A stretch of 64,000 bases of DNA from an uncultured Nitrospiraceae bacterium (lineage in GTDB: Bacteria; Nitrospirota; Thermodesulfovibrionia; Thermodesulfovibrionales; Dissulfurispiraceae), in assembly GCA_963705105.1 (NCBI GenBank), contig CAVPIW010000009.1:224001-288000 (forward strand), read 5' to 3'. Both the position numbers and the translations under genes were made by a program. The notes beneath the pieces are model-generated. The model was given only the letters and a program-made list of their open reading frames with translations, had not been told where the DNA came from and did no database searches. Of this stretch, positions 43,725 through 54,800 are shown one piece after another (positions within the stretch are counted from its first letter, which is position 1; the number at the start of each line of letters is the position of its first letter).

Positions 43725-45932
43725 TCACTTGCCGACTGTGAGCGTCCGGCCGGTGAACTGGAGCGACTCAAAGCCATCCTTTACAACGTGAATTCCGATG
43801 TCATAGAGGCCTGGATTGAGGGCTTCTTTCGCTATTATACACGAGAAGCCCGAGTCGTCCAAATTCGACCCTTTGAAAAGTTTGGTCACATCGGTTCTTT
43901 TCATCGGGTGTGTGGCAAGCAGATAGTTGCGGGTTTCCGATCTCAATGCAATCCGGATGGTGCTCTGTTCAGCGCTTTGTCCGGTGATGAATGCCCAACC
44001 CGTAATCGATACGAAGTCCTTGTATTCATCGAACCGATCCACGGAATACCCCAGGTCATTGGTCATTGCAGGCAGCCGGACTTCCGTCAGCTTCTTTATG
44101 CCCGACGGCCCGAATGCCGCCCTGATGTCACGGTTCTTTGCCAGGTCTGCCGCGACATCCGTGATGTTGAAGAAGACGAATCGTTTATTTTCGCTGATGA
44201 TCGGAGTTTGTCCCAGCCTTTGGCGCAATGCGCCTTCCAATTCGGCTCCTCCATCCCTATAACCGTACCGGTCTAAATAAATGCCCTTGAACCCCGCATG
44301 GGAGCTTGCCTCGATCAGCTCATCGACAGGTCGGGACAACACATACTTCTGCCAGAGGCCGGCCTGCCGCCCCATCATTGCTCCATAGCTCCATCTCAGG
44401 GTCTTCGAATGATAGTATGCCCTGAAGTGATCATAGTCGGACATCCTGTGCGGCGTGAGCCCGATAGGCAGGAACTCATCATACGGCAGCTGGAGGATCA
44501 TGGAGTGCGGCGGAACCATGGCCTCGATCCTTCTGACGAATCTCTCGTCGTTATAGAATTCGGCCGGGCCCGACCTGGCTTCCTGCCTGAGGGAATCACC
44601 GGTCTGGTCGAAAACTCCAAGCGCCAGCATTACTGTCAGGAAAGAGATGAACAGGGCCTTTCTTCCCGGCGTCACCGCGAATCGCCGACTCGCCTTCTCC
44701 AGGAGAAGAGCAATAAGAAAAACGGAAAAAAAGCCGATATACACGCTGATCCGGTTGTAGGCCCGTATCTGTGGCGAAACAAGATGGGCGAAAACGGAAC
44801 CGAAACTGCCGATACTTGCCAGGAGCACTCCGGAAAGATTCATCAGAGCCAGAATCCTCAGCGTCCCGGCCTCTTCTCCTTCTAAATTCGCCCTGTGTGA
44901 TACGAAAATCCATCCGATCAACAAGAGAAATCCCGTACCTCCGATGATGCCGAGGCTTGCCGTCTGGTTCTCGTTTACGAGGGGCGTAGACGCGCTATAC
45001 ATGTATTTGATATCAGCGAGCTTCTTGATCCTGTGGCCGTTGGTCGGCAAAAGCAACTGGATGACTTTCAACCCGTAGAGCTCCGATTCCATCGGTGATC
45101 GTCCCGTCAGTCCCGCCACCTCTTTGTTCGGTCCATGCGCCTGCTTATAGAGTATGCTTGGCGCAATGTTGGCGGCGAGTCCGAACATCACGACCGCCGT
45201 GAGGACCAGAGAAACAAGAAGGGGTCTGAACCTTTTCGCTGCAAAAGCCGCCGCAACACCTGCAACGACGAGAAAGAAACAACCGAAGAAGCTGTAATAC
45301 AGCCCTGCCGAGGCGACTGAAAGACAGATAATGACGGCAGCGAGAGTCCTGCCTCCTGGGAAGAGGCGGAAAATACCTCTTTGATTCGATCCATCACCGG
45401 TTGAATGAATCCCGTCGCGATAAACCCAAAGGGCGAGCATGACCATGAAGGGCACCAGGTAATAGGCAGTCAGAAACAGATGGCCTTCGCCCCGGAGGAA
45501 ATGAAACGGCAGGAAGGCGAAAAGCAGGCCCGATACGGCAGCGATAGGGCTTGAAATTCCGAAAGACCTCATCACGCACATCGCCGATAGCATGGCAAGC
45601 GGGAAGGAGAGGATGAAATAGATGTTCATTGCCGTTCCCCAGTCCTGGGTAATGAACAGTATAATCTTGATGACAAGGACATGAAGACTGTCGGCAAGAG
45701 GGAAGTCGTGCAGGTCGAGACCATAGGGCATGCCGAGATATTCGTTGTGCAGATACCAGCCGTTGTCCATGGTGCCCTTGACGACCATGGCATAGAAGAG
45801 CGCGTCGCCGTAATACCGGAGAGGGACCCTGAGATCGGCGCCCCAGAGGTCGTAGATGAACCATACGAGGACGAGACAGACCAGCGTCGCCAGAAAATAG
45901 GGACCGATCCGGGTCAGTATTGTTCGCATCAT
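43725..45932 (-). CDS. Large polytopic membrane protein, probable GT-C/transferase with periplasmic C-terminal domains
   Basis: About 12 TM segments, YYGD loop, QIRAYNRISV, MILQLPY, WSYGAM, C-terminal Ig-like ITGWAF domain. Confidence 0.7.
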   Translation of the reverse strand: MMRTILTRIGPYFLATLVCLVLVWFIYDLWGADLRVPLRYYGDALFYAMVVKGTMDNGWYLHNEYLGMPYGLDLHDFPLADSLHVLVIKIILFITQDWGTAMNIYFILSFPLAMLSAMCVMRSFGISSPIAAVSGLLFAFLPFHFLRGEGHLFLTAYYLVPFMVMLALWVYRDGIHSTGDGSNQRGIFRLFPGGRTLAAVIICLSVASAGLYYSFFGCFFLVVAGVAAAFAAKRFRPLLVSLVLTAVVMFGLAANIAPSILYKQAHGPNKEVAGLTGRSPMESELYGLKVIQLLLPTNGHRIKKLADIKYMYSASTPLVNENQTASLGIIGGTGFLLLIGWIFVSHRANLEGEEAGTLRILALMNLSGVLLASIGSFGSVFAHLVSPQIRAYNRISVYIGFFSVFLIALLLEKASRRFAVTPGRKALFISFLTVMLALGVFDQTGDSLRQEARSGPAEFYNDERFVRRIEAMVPPHSMILQLPYDEFLPIGLTPHRMSDYDHFRAYYHSKTLRWSYGAMMGRQAGLWQKYVLSRPVDELIEASSHAGFKGIYLDRYGYRDGGAELEGALRQRLGQTPIISENKRFVFFNITDVAADLAKNRDIRAAFGPSGIKKLTEVRLPAMTNDLGYSVDRFDEYKDFVSITGWAFITGQSAEQSTIRIALRSETRNYLLATHPMKRTDVTKLFKGSNLDDSGFSCIIAKEALNPGLYDIGIHVVKDGFESLQFTGRTLTVGK

Positions 45933-45978
45933 TGTCTCTCCGCCGGTATGCGCAGAAAAGCGGTTATAGCGGATATTA

Positions 45979-46190
45979 CCCTGTAGTTGCATAGGAAGGC
46001 GGGGCGAAGCGCCTCAAAGCCTTGCTGAAGGCGACGATATGCCTCGTCAGGTTTGTCTTTCAGGATTCCACTCTTTGTGTCATCGACCATTTGCTTAAAG
46101 CTCGTCTATCGTTTCGATACAGGTGTCGCCGCAGCAAGGTTTTCGGCGCATACACCCCGCCTTTCCGGATGTCCTATTGCAGCGATAAGG
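45979..46190 (-). mobile_element. 212-bp MITE (family 1), copy A4, inverted
   Basis: Diverged reverse complement of A1; flanked by TATTA at 45974-45978 and 46191-46195. Confidence 0.85.
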
Positions 46191-46230
46191 TATTAGTATA
46201 GCATAGCGGTCTCCCAGAGGCCGGTTTCTC

Positions 46231-47373
46231 TCATGAACGCGCGACTGCGCGGTATATCTCGAGAGTCTCCCTGGCCGTCTTCTCCCAGGAGAAGCGCCTG
46301 CTCTGCTCGATCCCTTTCGCCCTGAGTTCGGCACGGAGGGAGGGCTTCATCCAAAGGGTTTCCATGGCCCGGTAAATCTCCTGAAGGTCCAGCGGGTTCA
46401 CCAGAAGCGCGGCGTCTCCTGCCACTTCCGGCAGGGACGTCGTGTTCGAGGTGATGACGGGGACGCCTGACGACATCGCTTCGAGCACCGGCAGCCCAAA
46501 GCCCTCGTAGATCGATGGATAGACGAAGATCTCGGCGCCTTGATAGAGAGGAACAAGATCATCCTCCGCCACATAGCCCGTGATGACGAGGCGCTCTCCG
46601 AGATCGAGTTTCTGCACAAGCCGGAAGAATGCTTCGTTCTTCCAGCCCTGCCCCCCGGCGATCACGAACTGACAATCGGCCTTTCTTATCCTGATCAGGG
46701 CCTTGAAGGCGACAAGGGCACTCGTCAGGTTCTTTCTCGGTTCTACGGATCCGACGGCAAGCATGTAGGGCTTGCTGATCCCGAACTTGTTCCGGACACG
46801 GGAGACCTCTTCAGGCGGGAGCACCTCGCGGAACCGCTCATCCGCTGCAAGGTGTGTCACGCCGAGACGCTCCTCCGGCACATGGAGGAAACGTCGTATT
46901 TCAGCCCTGGTGCTTTCGGAGTCGGCGATGATAAAGTCTGCACGCCTTGCCGCCCGCAGCACGTTCCTCGTCACGAAGTCACAGTTCTCCTTCGTGTGGT
47001 ATTCCGGGTGGGCGAAACAGCTCAGGTCATGGATCGTGACGACCACTTTGACGTTCGTAATTTGCGGCATCGTGTAGGCCGTGCTGTGCAGAAGGTCGAC
47101 GCCCCCAAAAAGGTTCTCCCGGAACCTGGCTGCGTTTTTCCATTTCCACATCACATACCAGGAGGGAAGGTTCCTGTCATGGAGGGTGAAATTCGGGGCT
47201 TCCGGCGCCTCGGCTTTCCGCCATCCCTTCGGGAAACAGTCGCAGAAGACGCCGTACAGCAGGTAGCGGTTCTCGGCGTCTATCCGCGCAAGGCCCCTGA
47301 CGAGGTTCTTCGCGTAATACCCCACACCTGTCGCCTCATTGACGGCCCTGCTAATGTCTATCCCGATTCTCAC
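46231..47373 (-). CDS. GT4 glycosyltransferase (mannosyltransferase/WbdB-like)
   Basis: [35 protein letters not shown]. Confidence 0.9.
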   Translation of the reverse strand: MRIGIDISRAVNEATGVGYYAKNLVRGLARIDAENRYLLYGVFCDCFPKGWRKAEAPEAPNFTLHDRNLPSWYVMWKWKNAARFRENLFGGVDLLHSTAYTMPQITNVKVVVTIHDLSCFAHPEYHTKENCDFVTRNVLRAARRADFIIADSESTRAEIRRFLHVPEERLGVTHLAADERFREVLPPEEVSRVRNKFGISKPYMLAVGSVEPRKNLTSALVAFKALIRIRKADCQFVIAGGQGWKNEAFFRLVQKLDLGERLVITGYVAEDDLVPLYQGAEIFVYPSIYEGFGLPVLEAMSSGVPVITSNTTSLPEVAGDAALLVNPLDLQEIYRAMETLWMKPSLRAELRAKGIEQSRRFSWEKTARETLEIYRAVARS

Positions 47374-47379
47374 ACGTAT

Positions 47380-47588
47380 CCTTATCGTAGCATACGCCTT
47401 CCGGAAAGGCGGGGTGTATGCGCCGAAAACCTTGCTGCGGCGACACCTGTATCAAAACGAAAGACGAACTATACTCCAATGGTCGATGAGACAAGGAGAA
47501 GCTTCCTGAAACACGAAGCCGACAATGCGTATCGTCGCCTTCAGCAAGGCTTTGAGGCGCTTCGCTCCGCCTTTTTATGCACTACAGG
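47380..47588 (+). mobile_element. Family 1 MITE, copy A3 (diverged)
   Basis: Collinear with A1 and A2: ccttatcgtagca...tgcactacagg. Confidence 0.8.
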
Positions 47589-48833
47589 TTATCTCAGAAA
47601 GTCTCCGTACACTGTACGCAGCCTCTCACAACTCTGCTTCCAGGTATGATGCCTCAGGACTTTGTGGTACCCGTTCGTCCCGAAGGCATCGGCCAGTGCA
47701 GGGGTGGAGAGAAGCAGCCTGATGTACTCGGCAAGCATGTGAATATCGGAAAAGGGGACAAGAAAGCCGTCCTTTCCATCGCTGACAAGGTCCGGGACTC
47801 CTCCCGCCCAAACCCCGATGACCGGTTTTTTGTAGAGCCAGGCCTCCAGATAAACGATGCCGAATGATTCGGCTTTTGACGGCATGACAAAAACGTCGCA
47901 GGCGTCGAGGGCGTCCTTCTTTGTCTGTTCATCGACATAGTCGAGCACTATCGTCTTCTCGTAGACCCGGGGAGGCTGCTGCCTGAAATACTCGTCGAAG
48001 TCGGTCATCACCTGGCCGATGAGGACGAGGGTGACGTCCCTGCCCTCGCCCCACAGGTGTTTCATCGCTTCGATCGTGTGAGGGGTCCCCTTGTCGTGAG
48101 TCTGTGTCGAGATCTGCAGGACCATCTGACCGGTGACACCGTATCTCTCCCTGAACCGGTCTCCCCTGCCCCCGGCCATTTCTTCGGGATCAACACCGGC
48201 GCCTACAACATGGACATTGTCTTCTGCGATGCCGTGTGCGATGATCGCTTTCCTCTCGATCTCCGTCATTGTCACGACCCCGGGACATCTCTTGAGGAGG
48301 TTGATCTGCTTTTCCGAGAGTGCCTGCCCCGGCAATGATGAATGAGGTTCACCGAAATGAACAAGGGGGGTACAGACCACCGGCACGCTCATCCGCTCGG
48401 CGTAACGGACGGCAGGGTATGTCAGGAAGAGATGGGGGAAGACCCCGGTGTTCACGAGATCATAGCGCTCTTTTGTGAAGGCCATTTCCCTGAGGTACCC
48501 GGGAAGGAGGATGTGCGGATAGCCGAAAACGTAGTGACAGTATCTTGAAGGCAGGAAAGAGAGCAGCCCCATGACCGTCCAGTGAAGGTTCAGCGGCAGG
48601 CTGAGAATATTGAACCTCCTGATCGAGATGCCCTCTGCTGTCTCCCGGCTCGGCGCGATTCTTCTCTTGCTCCTGTCATGGAAGTACTCGATATCCCAGG
48701 CGTCGGTGGTGAATACCGTGACGTCATACCCGTCGTCCCGGCTGCTCTTCGCCCACTCCCAGAAGAGTCGTTCGGCGCCTCCCGGGTAAGGCCAGAAACG
48801 GTGTATGACGTAGAGTATCCTCTTTCCGGTCAT
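47589..48833 (-). CDS. GT4 glycosyltransferase
   Basis: PGGAE, PSKAESFGIVYLEAW; ATG 48833 overlaps the upstream stop. Confidence 0.88.
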   Translation of the reverse strand: MTGKRILYVIHRFWPYPGGAERLFWEWAKSSRDDGYDVTVFTTDAWDIEYFHDRSKRRIAPSRETAEGISIRRFNILSLPLNLHWTVMGLLSFLPSRYCHYVFGYPHILLPGYLREMAFTKERYDLVNTGVFPHLFLTYPAVRYAERMSVPVVCTPLVHFGEPHSSLPGQALSEKQINLLKRCPGVVTMTEIERKAIIAHGIAEDNVHVVGAGVDPEEMAGGRGDRFRERYGVTGQMVLQISTQTHDKGTPHTIEAMKHLWGEGRDVTLVLIGQVMTDFDEYFRQQPPRVYEKTIVLDYVDEQTKKDALDACDVFVMPSKAESFGIVYLEAWLYKKPVIGVWAGGVPDLVSDGKDGFLVPFSDIHMLAEYIRLLLSTPALADAFGTNGYHKVLRHHTWKQSCERLRTVYGDFLR

Positions 48834-50284
48834 CCCGCATCGACCCAGCGGAGCAACGGCGAACCCTGACTGAACAGACCGACCTCGTTCACGCCGAATG
48901 CCCCCCGGTCCCCCGGACTCTGCCTGACAGGCACAAGAGCCAGACGGACTTCCGCGCACTCCGCCTCCACCCCCCCTTCAACGGTGAAGAGGTACGTTCG
49001 CCATCCCTGAGCGAGGGGCCTCCTTCCAATCGTCCTTCCCTCGACGGAAACCTCGAGGAAGCACGGTCCCGGGATGTTTTCGCTGTAGCCATGGACCTGG
49101 AGAAAGGTCCGCCCTCTCCCGGCTTTCAGATAGCACAGTGCCCGTTCCTGTATCGTGCGCATCCGCGGAGCACCGGCCGTGAGCCCGGACCACCCGGGGC
49201 CGAGTATGTCGTCGTTGACGCCCATGACTACCTTCTCATTCAATATCGAACAGTCCACTTCGCGCTTCGACAGGGCTATCCTTTCGTAACCGGGACGATA
49301 CTGCCGGAAGACAGGAAACCCCGCTTCAGGCACGATCATGTGGCGGAATCGCGAGGTGTCGACGCTCCTGCCGGGACCGAAAAAGCGCCCCACGAGAAAG
49401 AGGGGAAGAAACAGCCAGTGCTGGAGGATCAGCCGCAATTCCAAGAGGACCGTCCGGAGATCGCCGTGCATGATCGGGTGCGCGAGAAGCACAAGACGTT
49501 GCAGGGTGAACAGCGGGAAGACCCGGAGGATTTCCGGGACAGGGAAGTGCCTGAAGAGTATCCGGTACTGATTTGTCGTAATCAGCTTTCTCTTCAGAAA
49601 GGGATCGCGGGACGTGGAGGCGGAAAATTTGTGATAGACAACGGCTTCGGGGACATACTCCACGGTGAACCCCGTCCGCTCCCAGACCCTCAGGCAGAAA
49701 TCAACGTCCTCGAAATATGCAAAAAAGACGGGATCAAGAAGACCGACGGCCTCGAAGACCTGACGCTTCACAGCCATGAGACAACCCGTGACAGCAAGGA
49801 CCTCTCCGGCCTCCCGATGCACCTCAGCCGCGTTTTCGCCGAAGTCGCGGTCCCAACCGTACGCGCAGCGGTTCAGGTTCACCGCTGTGCTGTTGACGAT
49901 CGCGGGATTGTAAAACATGAGCACCGTCCCGCCCAGCACACCGGCATCCGCCTTCTCCTCTCCCCGCCGGATGAGGTGGGTGAGGAAGTCCGGCTCTACC
50001 CGCGTATCGTTGTTCAGCAGGACGATGTAATCAGCCCCCTGATCCAGGGCATACCTGATCCCGACATTGTTGCCCTCCGCAAACCCGATGTTGGAGGCGT
50101 TCTCGATGATGTGGACCTGAGGAAATTGTGCCCTCACGAGTGCCACGCTGTCGTCCTGCGACGCGTTGTCGACGAGGACGACGCGCTGGCGGGGATATGC
50201 TGCAGAGGAGAGGGACCCCAGGCAGTCTCCGAGATGGCGCCGTCCGTTCCAGTTCAGGACTATGGTGTAGACGAGAGGGACCAC
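48830..50284 (-). CDS. GT2 glycosyltransferase with C-terminal extra domain
   Basis: IVLNWNG, VDNASQD, NIGFAEGNNVG, LLNND, FAYFEDVDFC. Confidence 0.88.
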   Translation of the reverse strand: MVPLVYTIVLNWNGRRHLGDCLGSLSSAAYPRQRVVLVDNASQDDSVALVRAQFPQVHIIENASNIGFAEGNNVGIRYALDQGADYIVLLNNDTRVEPDFLTHLIRRGEEKADAGVLGGTVLMFYNPAIVNSTAVNLNRCAYGWDRDFGENAAEVHREAGEVLAVTGCLMAVKRQVFEAVGLLDPVFFAYFEDVDFCLRVWERTGFTVEYVPEAVVYHKFSASTSRDPFLKRKLITTNQYRILFRHFPVPEILRVFPLFTLQRLVLLAHPIMHGDLRTVLLELRLILQHWLFLPLFLVGRFFGPGRSVDTSRFRHMIVPEAGFPVFRQYRPGYERIALSKREVDCSILNEKVVMGVNDDILGPGWSGLTAGAPRMRTIQERALCYLKAGRGRTFLQVHGYSENIPGPCFLEVSVEGRTIGRRPLAQGWRTYLFTVEGGVEAECAEVRLALVPVRQSPGDRGAFGVNEVGLFSQGSPLLRWVDAG

Positions 50285-50294
50285 GCAGGTTTCC

Positions 50295-50816
50295 CTACTT
50301 CAGCTCGTTCAGACTCTGCCTGATCACCGAGAGAAGCTGCTTTTCCTTCTCCCTCTGTTGCTTCTGCCATTCCGACTGTTGCTGCTGAAGTCTCCGGACT
50401 TCCCCGTCAAGCCTCTCAATCTCCTGGACCGTCGATCTGAGCGCCGAGATCACATGCCTGTTGAATGCCCGTTGCCTGTCGGTGATGAAGCTTGCCAGAA
50501 CGATGATCAGCTTTCCCGCCAGCAGCGCCGCCCAGCGGGACGGCCCCCGGAAGCGCTCCATGGGCGTGACATCCGCACCGGCATCGGCCGTCGTCTCTGC
50601 GGCGTCTATGTGGGAACGTATCTCTCCTGCGGCGCCGGCGGGAGGGACCCGGTCATCTCCGGGAGAAGAACCGGACAACCCGTTTGTTTCGGCCGTTTCC
50701 GCAGCAATCAGGCTCTTTAACCCGGCACGCTCCCTGATCTCCTCAAGGATCTTCACGACATCTGTTTCCCCGATGTTTCCTTCACGGCCTTCTGCCACGA
50801 CTGTCTCCTTTTTCAA
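50295..50816 (-). CDS. Hypothetical coiled-coil protein in the glycan locus
   Basis: RQRAFN motif followed by a Gln/Glu-rich coiled coil; co-oriented and packed with neighbours. Confidence 0.6.
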   Translation of the reverse strand: MKKETVVAEGREGNIGETDVVKILEEIRERAGLKSLIAAETAETNGLSGSSPGDDRVPPAGAAGEIRSHIDAAETTADAGADVTPMERFRGPSRWAALLAGKLIIVLASFITDRQRAFNRHVISALRSTVQEIERLDGEVRRLQQQQSEWQKQQREKEKQLLSVIRQSLNELK

Positions 50817-50892
50817 GAGTTATTGATCACGCAGCGGTACAGAGATGACAGCCTTCGCCAAATCACCCGAAATCATGCCGGAGGCGTTCGTC

Positions 50893-51849
50893 TCAACGGC
50901 TGAGCAGTATTCTTTCCATCTGCTCCAGATTCTGCGTGAGACGCTCTAACTTGGCAGTGTACAGCACCTCCCAGTCCTGAAGGGAACTGAGCATCCTGAC
51001 GTACGAAACATAGTCCTTGTAGGCCTTTGTCATGGCCGCCGCGAAGGCATCGCTGTTTAATGCCGACCGGTCTGCAACCGCTTTTTCGATCAGGCTGTAA
51101 ATGTCGATGACGGGGTCAGCCATATCCTTCAAAGTCCCGAGGGACTCGAGCGTCGAGTGGCTGTGGCGCAGATCGGGCCTCAGAAAGCCCTTCATCACCG
51201 TCGTCAGGTGATCTTCCGATTCGGGCCAGGGCACCTGAAGGGCCTCGGCGAGACTCTGCAAAGAGGACTTCCAGTCCGACAGGAACAGGTCGTAATGGAT
51301 CACCGCCCGCCTTGTCCCCCCTGTCCACTGGAAGGACGAGAGGGTGTGGAGGAGCCACAGGGTGACACTCTTGATCGTCGAAAAGCCGTTGCGCCGCTTG
51401 AGTGAGGCGGCCACATCCAGGGGGTTTCTCACGACAATGACATAAGACATCTCAACCCCCAGTTCCCCCAGAACATCCGTCCAGAGAGGAACGACCAGTG
51501 ACGTTCTGGGATCTTTCCAGGCCCAGAGCGGTTGAGAGGCGAATTCCCTCGAGATCAGCTCCCGCAGCTCCGCGCGATAAGAACGCATCGAGTCTTTCGT
51601 CCACCACAGATCGGGCAGCGGCAGAATACTGTCCCAGGAGTGGGAGAGGTGACCGAACAACCGCTCATGGAAATCATACACGGCCTGATTCTCCCAGAAG
51701 CCCTCGGGATTGTCCGGCCGCGGTTCCATGAGATTTTCCTCGGGGCCAATGGAAGCACCCAGAAGATTCACCGCCCGCGCGATCGCCGAGGTGCCGCTTC
51801 GATGCATGCCGAGAATGCCGATGGCTCGCTGTCTTGCCGTCTCAGACAT
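50893..51849 (-). CDS. Sulfotransferase-family protein
   Basis: LGMHRSGTS 5'-PSB loop, NPEGFWE, WKDPR, RNPLDVAASL 3'-PB motif. Confidence 0.85.
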   Translation of the reverse strand: MSETARQRAIGILGMHRSGTSAIARAVNLLGASIGPEENLMEPRPDNPEGFWENQAVYDFHERLFGHLSHSWDSILPLPDLWWTKDSMRSYRAELRELISREFASQPLWAWKDPRTSLVVPLWTDVLGELGVEMSYVIVVRNPLDVAASLKRRNGFSTIKSVTLWLLHTLSSFQWTGGTRRAVIHYDLFLSDWKSSLQSLAEALQVPWPESEDHLTTVMKGFLRPDLRHSHSTLESLGTLKDMADPVIDIYSLIEKAVADRSALNSDAFAAAMTKAYKDYVSYVRMLSSLQDWEVLYTAKLERLTQNLEQMERILLSR

Positions 51850-54800
51850 GACCGCCCTTCTCTCCAATCCCTGAAAGGGCGCTTTTCAGACGCACGGCGT
51901 AGCTCATCAGAACTCCCGCCTCCGGAAATGACCCTTCCGGCTCCGGGCCATAGGCCTCGATAAATCCGAGCAAAGCCCTCATCTCGTCTGCGGTCAGAGC
52001 TTCGGCCCAGCGGTCGTTTCGCTGCCCGTCGATCGCGTACCCCTCCAGCATCGACACGTCGAGAGCGGCGCCGATAAATGCCTCACAAAGGGTGATGACT
52101 CTGCCGGTCTCTTCTATCAGGTCTTCCTCGCGTACGGCCAGCACCCGGTGATGCCCCGCGGCTTCACGGAATCGTGAGACGGCGAGATTGCTCTCCATCC
52201 AGTATTCCGCGAGAAAGGCGGCGTCTCCCCCCGGGAAAAGACGGGAGACGTCGATGCCGTCCGGCAGGACGTCGTCGTGGAAGCAATTCCAGCAGCGGGT
52301 CTCGCCATCCTGACGCGCAGGCCAATAGTGGCGGACCTTGTGCCTGTCGAGCCCGTACATGAAGAGTCGTTTCAGGCTGGCCGCAACGTCCGTCATGGCA
52401 CGATGTATCCAGATGTACTTCGCATCGGGGAAGAGGCTGTCCACGAAGAACAGCTTGTTGCACAGGTGGGGGTTCTTGTTCAGGAACCGGGCGCCGGGTT
52501 CTTTGTTTGCGGCGTTTTTCCGGTACTCTTCGAGAAATGCCTTCGTCAACCGCTCCGCCCTCTCGGGGCTTGCGTCTTCAGCGCCAAGCTGAGGACAGAC
52601 GGTATCGCGGGTGCGGGGCGATGCCATGACGACGCCACCGCCTTCAGACCACACATGCTTCAACTCGAAGGGACAGTGCACGATCTCTCTGTGCCTTCCG
52701 AGCAGTTCAGCGAGAAGAGTTGTGCCGCTGCGCATGCCTCCCACCAGGAAGACCGGTTCCCGCAATCCCTTTTCACTGGGTTGAGCGGATGACGGCGATG
52801 AGCTGCCGGAAGCCCCGAAGAGGCGTGTCGAAAGGGTCTGAAGGAAGCCCTGCCGGACGTCGGAGGCCTCTTGAGCACCTGCCGGCCCGTGCCCCTCCCC
52901 AGAATCGACGCTGAAACACCAGACGACGGTATCCCGATACTCGCCCAGGCGGCGCAGCTTCGTGGCTCCTGCGCTCATCAGGGTCGCGCTCAGCGGCTCA
53001 TGGAAAAATGTGATGTCGCTCTTCACTTCCGGCGGAGCCTCGAAGCCGGACACAATGCCGTGATGCGCAGTCGAGGCGACGAGACGCCCGACGATCTTCC
53101 GGTAGAGCTCAGGGCTGTCGGCGTGGATCAGGACATCGAAACAGATCGTGAGATCACGTTTCGGGAGGGAGAGGGTCGCAAAATCGGCCGCCGCGAACCT
53201 ACGGTTCGGGAAGCGGAGACGGTTGCGCTCGATCACAACCGGTGAAAGATCGACACCGAGATATGCCTCGTCAGGAAGCTCGACAGCCACCTCCTGGTCG
53301 CCGCACCCCACATCGAGTATCGACTCCGGTTTGAATTCCGACAGGGCTTGCCTGAGCATCTGTCTTTTGTACAGGAGCGGCAGTTCCCGTGACCCCAGTC
53401 CTGACCCGAGATCGGCGTGCTCGGCATATCGATGGTCCCAGAAAAAGCGGTTGTTGAAAACCTCCCGCCGGTGAAGTCTCAGTCGTTCGTTGAAGGCGGT
53501 GATCCTTCCCTGCGCCGCCCCGTAGGGTGTGTCCGATACAAAGCCCGACGGATCCGTCAGATGGTGATAGTGGATGATGACCGGGTCGCAGCTCTGCATT
53601 GCAGCAGGCGCCTGCGATGCATCGAGGTGAAGCGGGAAATTCATGGCCACCGGCAGCTCCTCAAAGGGGACGGGGTGCTCATGGAAGGCGAGAGTCAGCG
53701 AGGCCTGCTCGCAGTGGAAGCCGGCGCTGCCGAGCATATCGATCCGTCTCGAAAGGTCCTCCGTGTACCGTCGCCATACAGGGTAGAAGGCGGTCAGCAC
53801 CTCCCCCGGAAAGACCAGTACTCCGGCATTACAGTACCAGACAGTCTGCTCATCAGAAAAGGTGCAGTGGTGTTTTCGTTCAGGCATGGCCAGCCCGTAA
53901 GCGCTGAAGAGTCTCTCAAAGACGTCATGGGGCACCGTTGCCAGGTCGGCCATCTTGGCCTGGAAGGTCTCGCCCCTGACGTACGGCGACGGGTCCCGGA
54001 CAACAAGGGTGTCACAATCCAGAAGCATCACGGCGTCGTAGGCGAAGAGCTCAGGCAGATCGAGGAATCTCAGCTTGTTCGACGGGGCGTGAAAGTAGCT
54101 GAACCGCGGGACGACCCGGACGAAGGCGCCCCATCTTCTGAACTCTTTCACATACGTTTCGTCCGCCTCGTCGACAATGCAGATCATGACGTTCGCACCA
54201 GAAAGGGCGCCGCCGAACCAGCGCACCGACTGGAGCAGCCTGAGGGCCTGCGACAGATACTTCGGGTTGTTTTCGGCCACGCAGCCGATGAGGACCCTTC
54301 CCATGCCCGGCGCACAGGCCCGCAGCTCACGCAATGAAGGGGAAGACCCGTGACGCAGGCCGAACGTCCCCAGAAGTCCCTCATGACAGGACAGAAAAGC
54401 CCGCCTGCGCTCATCGCCGAACACACCGAGGTCGTCGCCTCTCACAAGACCGAAGCATCGTCCCTCGTGGCCGGCTATGACAAAGCCGTTGAGCAATGCC
54501 GAGCGGACGACGGTTCCAAGGGTCTGCTTGTTGCAGTGAACCCCCATGACCGAATAGACCGTATCGGAGTGGTCAGACACGTTCGGAGTCTCGAACAGCG
54601 GTGTGCTTATGACGATGAAACCTCCGGGTCTGAGTGCCCGCTTCAGTCTCCGCCAGACCACCTCCATTTCGAAGGCCGGTATGTGCTCGATGACGTCATA
54701 GAGCACAATGACGTCGAAGGATTCGTCGTCTCTGAGCTCTGTCGCATCGCGGATCTCAAGCCGTACCCGGGGATCGCTGATGCGCTCTCTCGCTATGTTC

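Noticed and set aside
43400..47588. Composite transposons formed by MITE pairs around the GT-C-like and GT4 genes
   Set aside because: Copies A2 and A4 each have their own flanking duplication, which indicates independent insertions.
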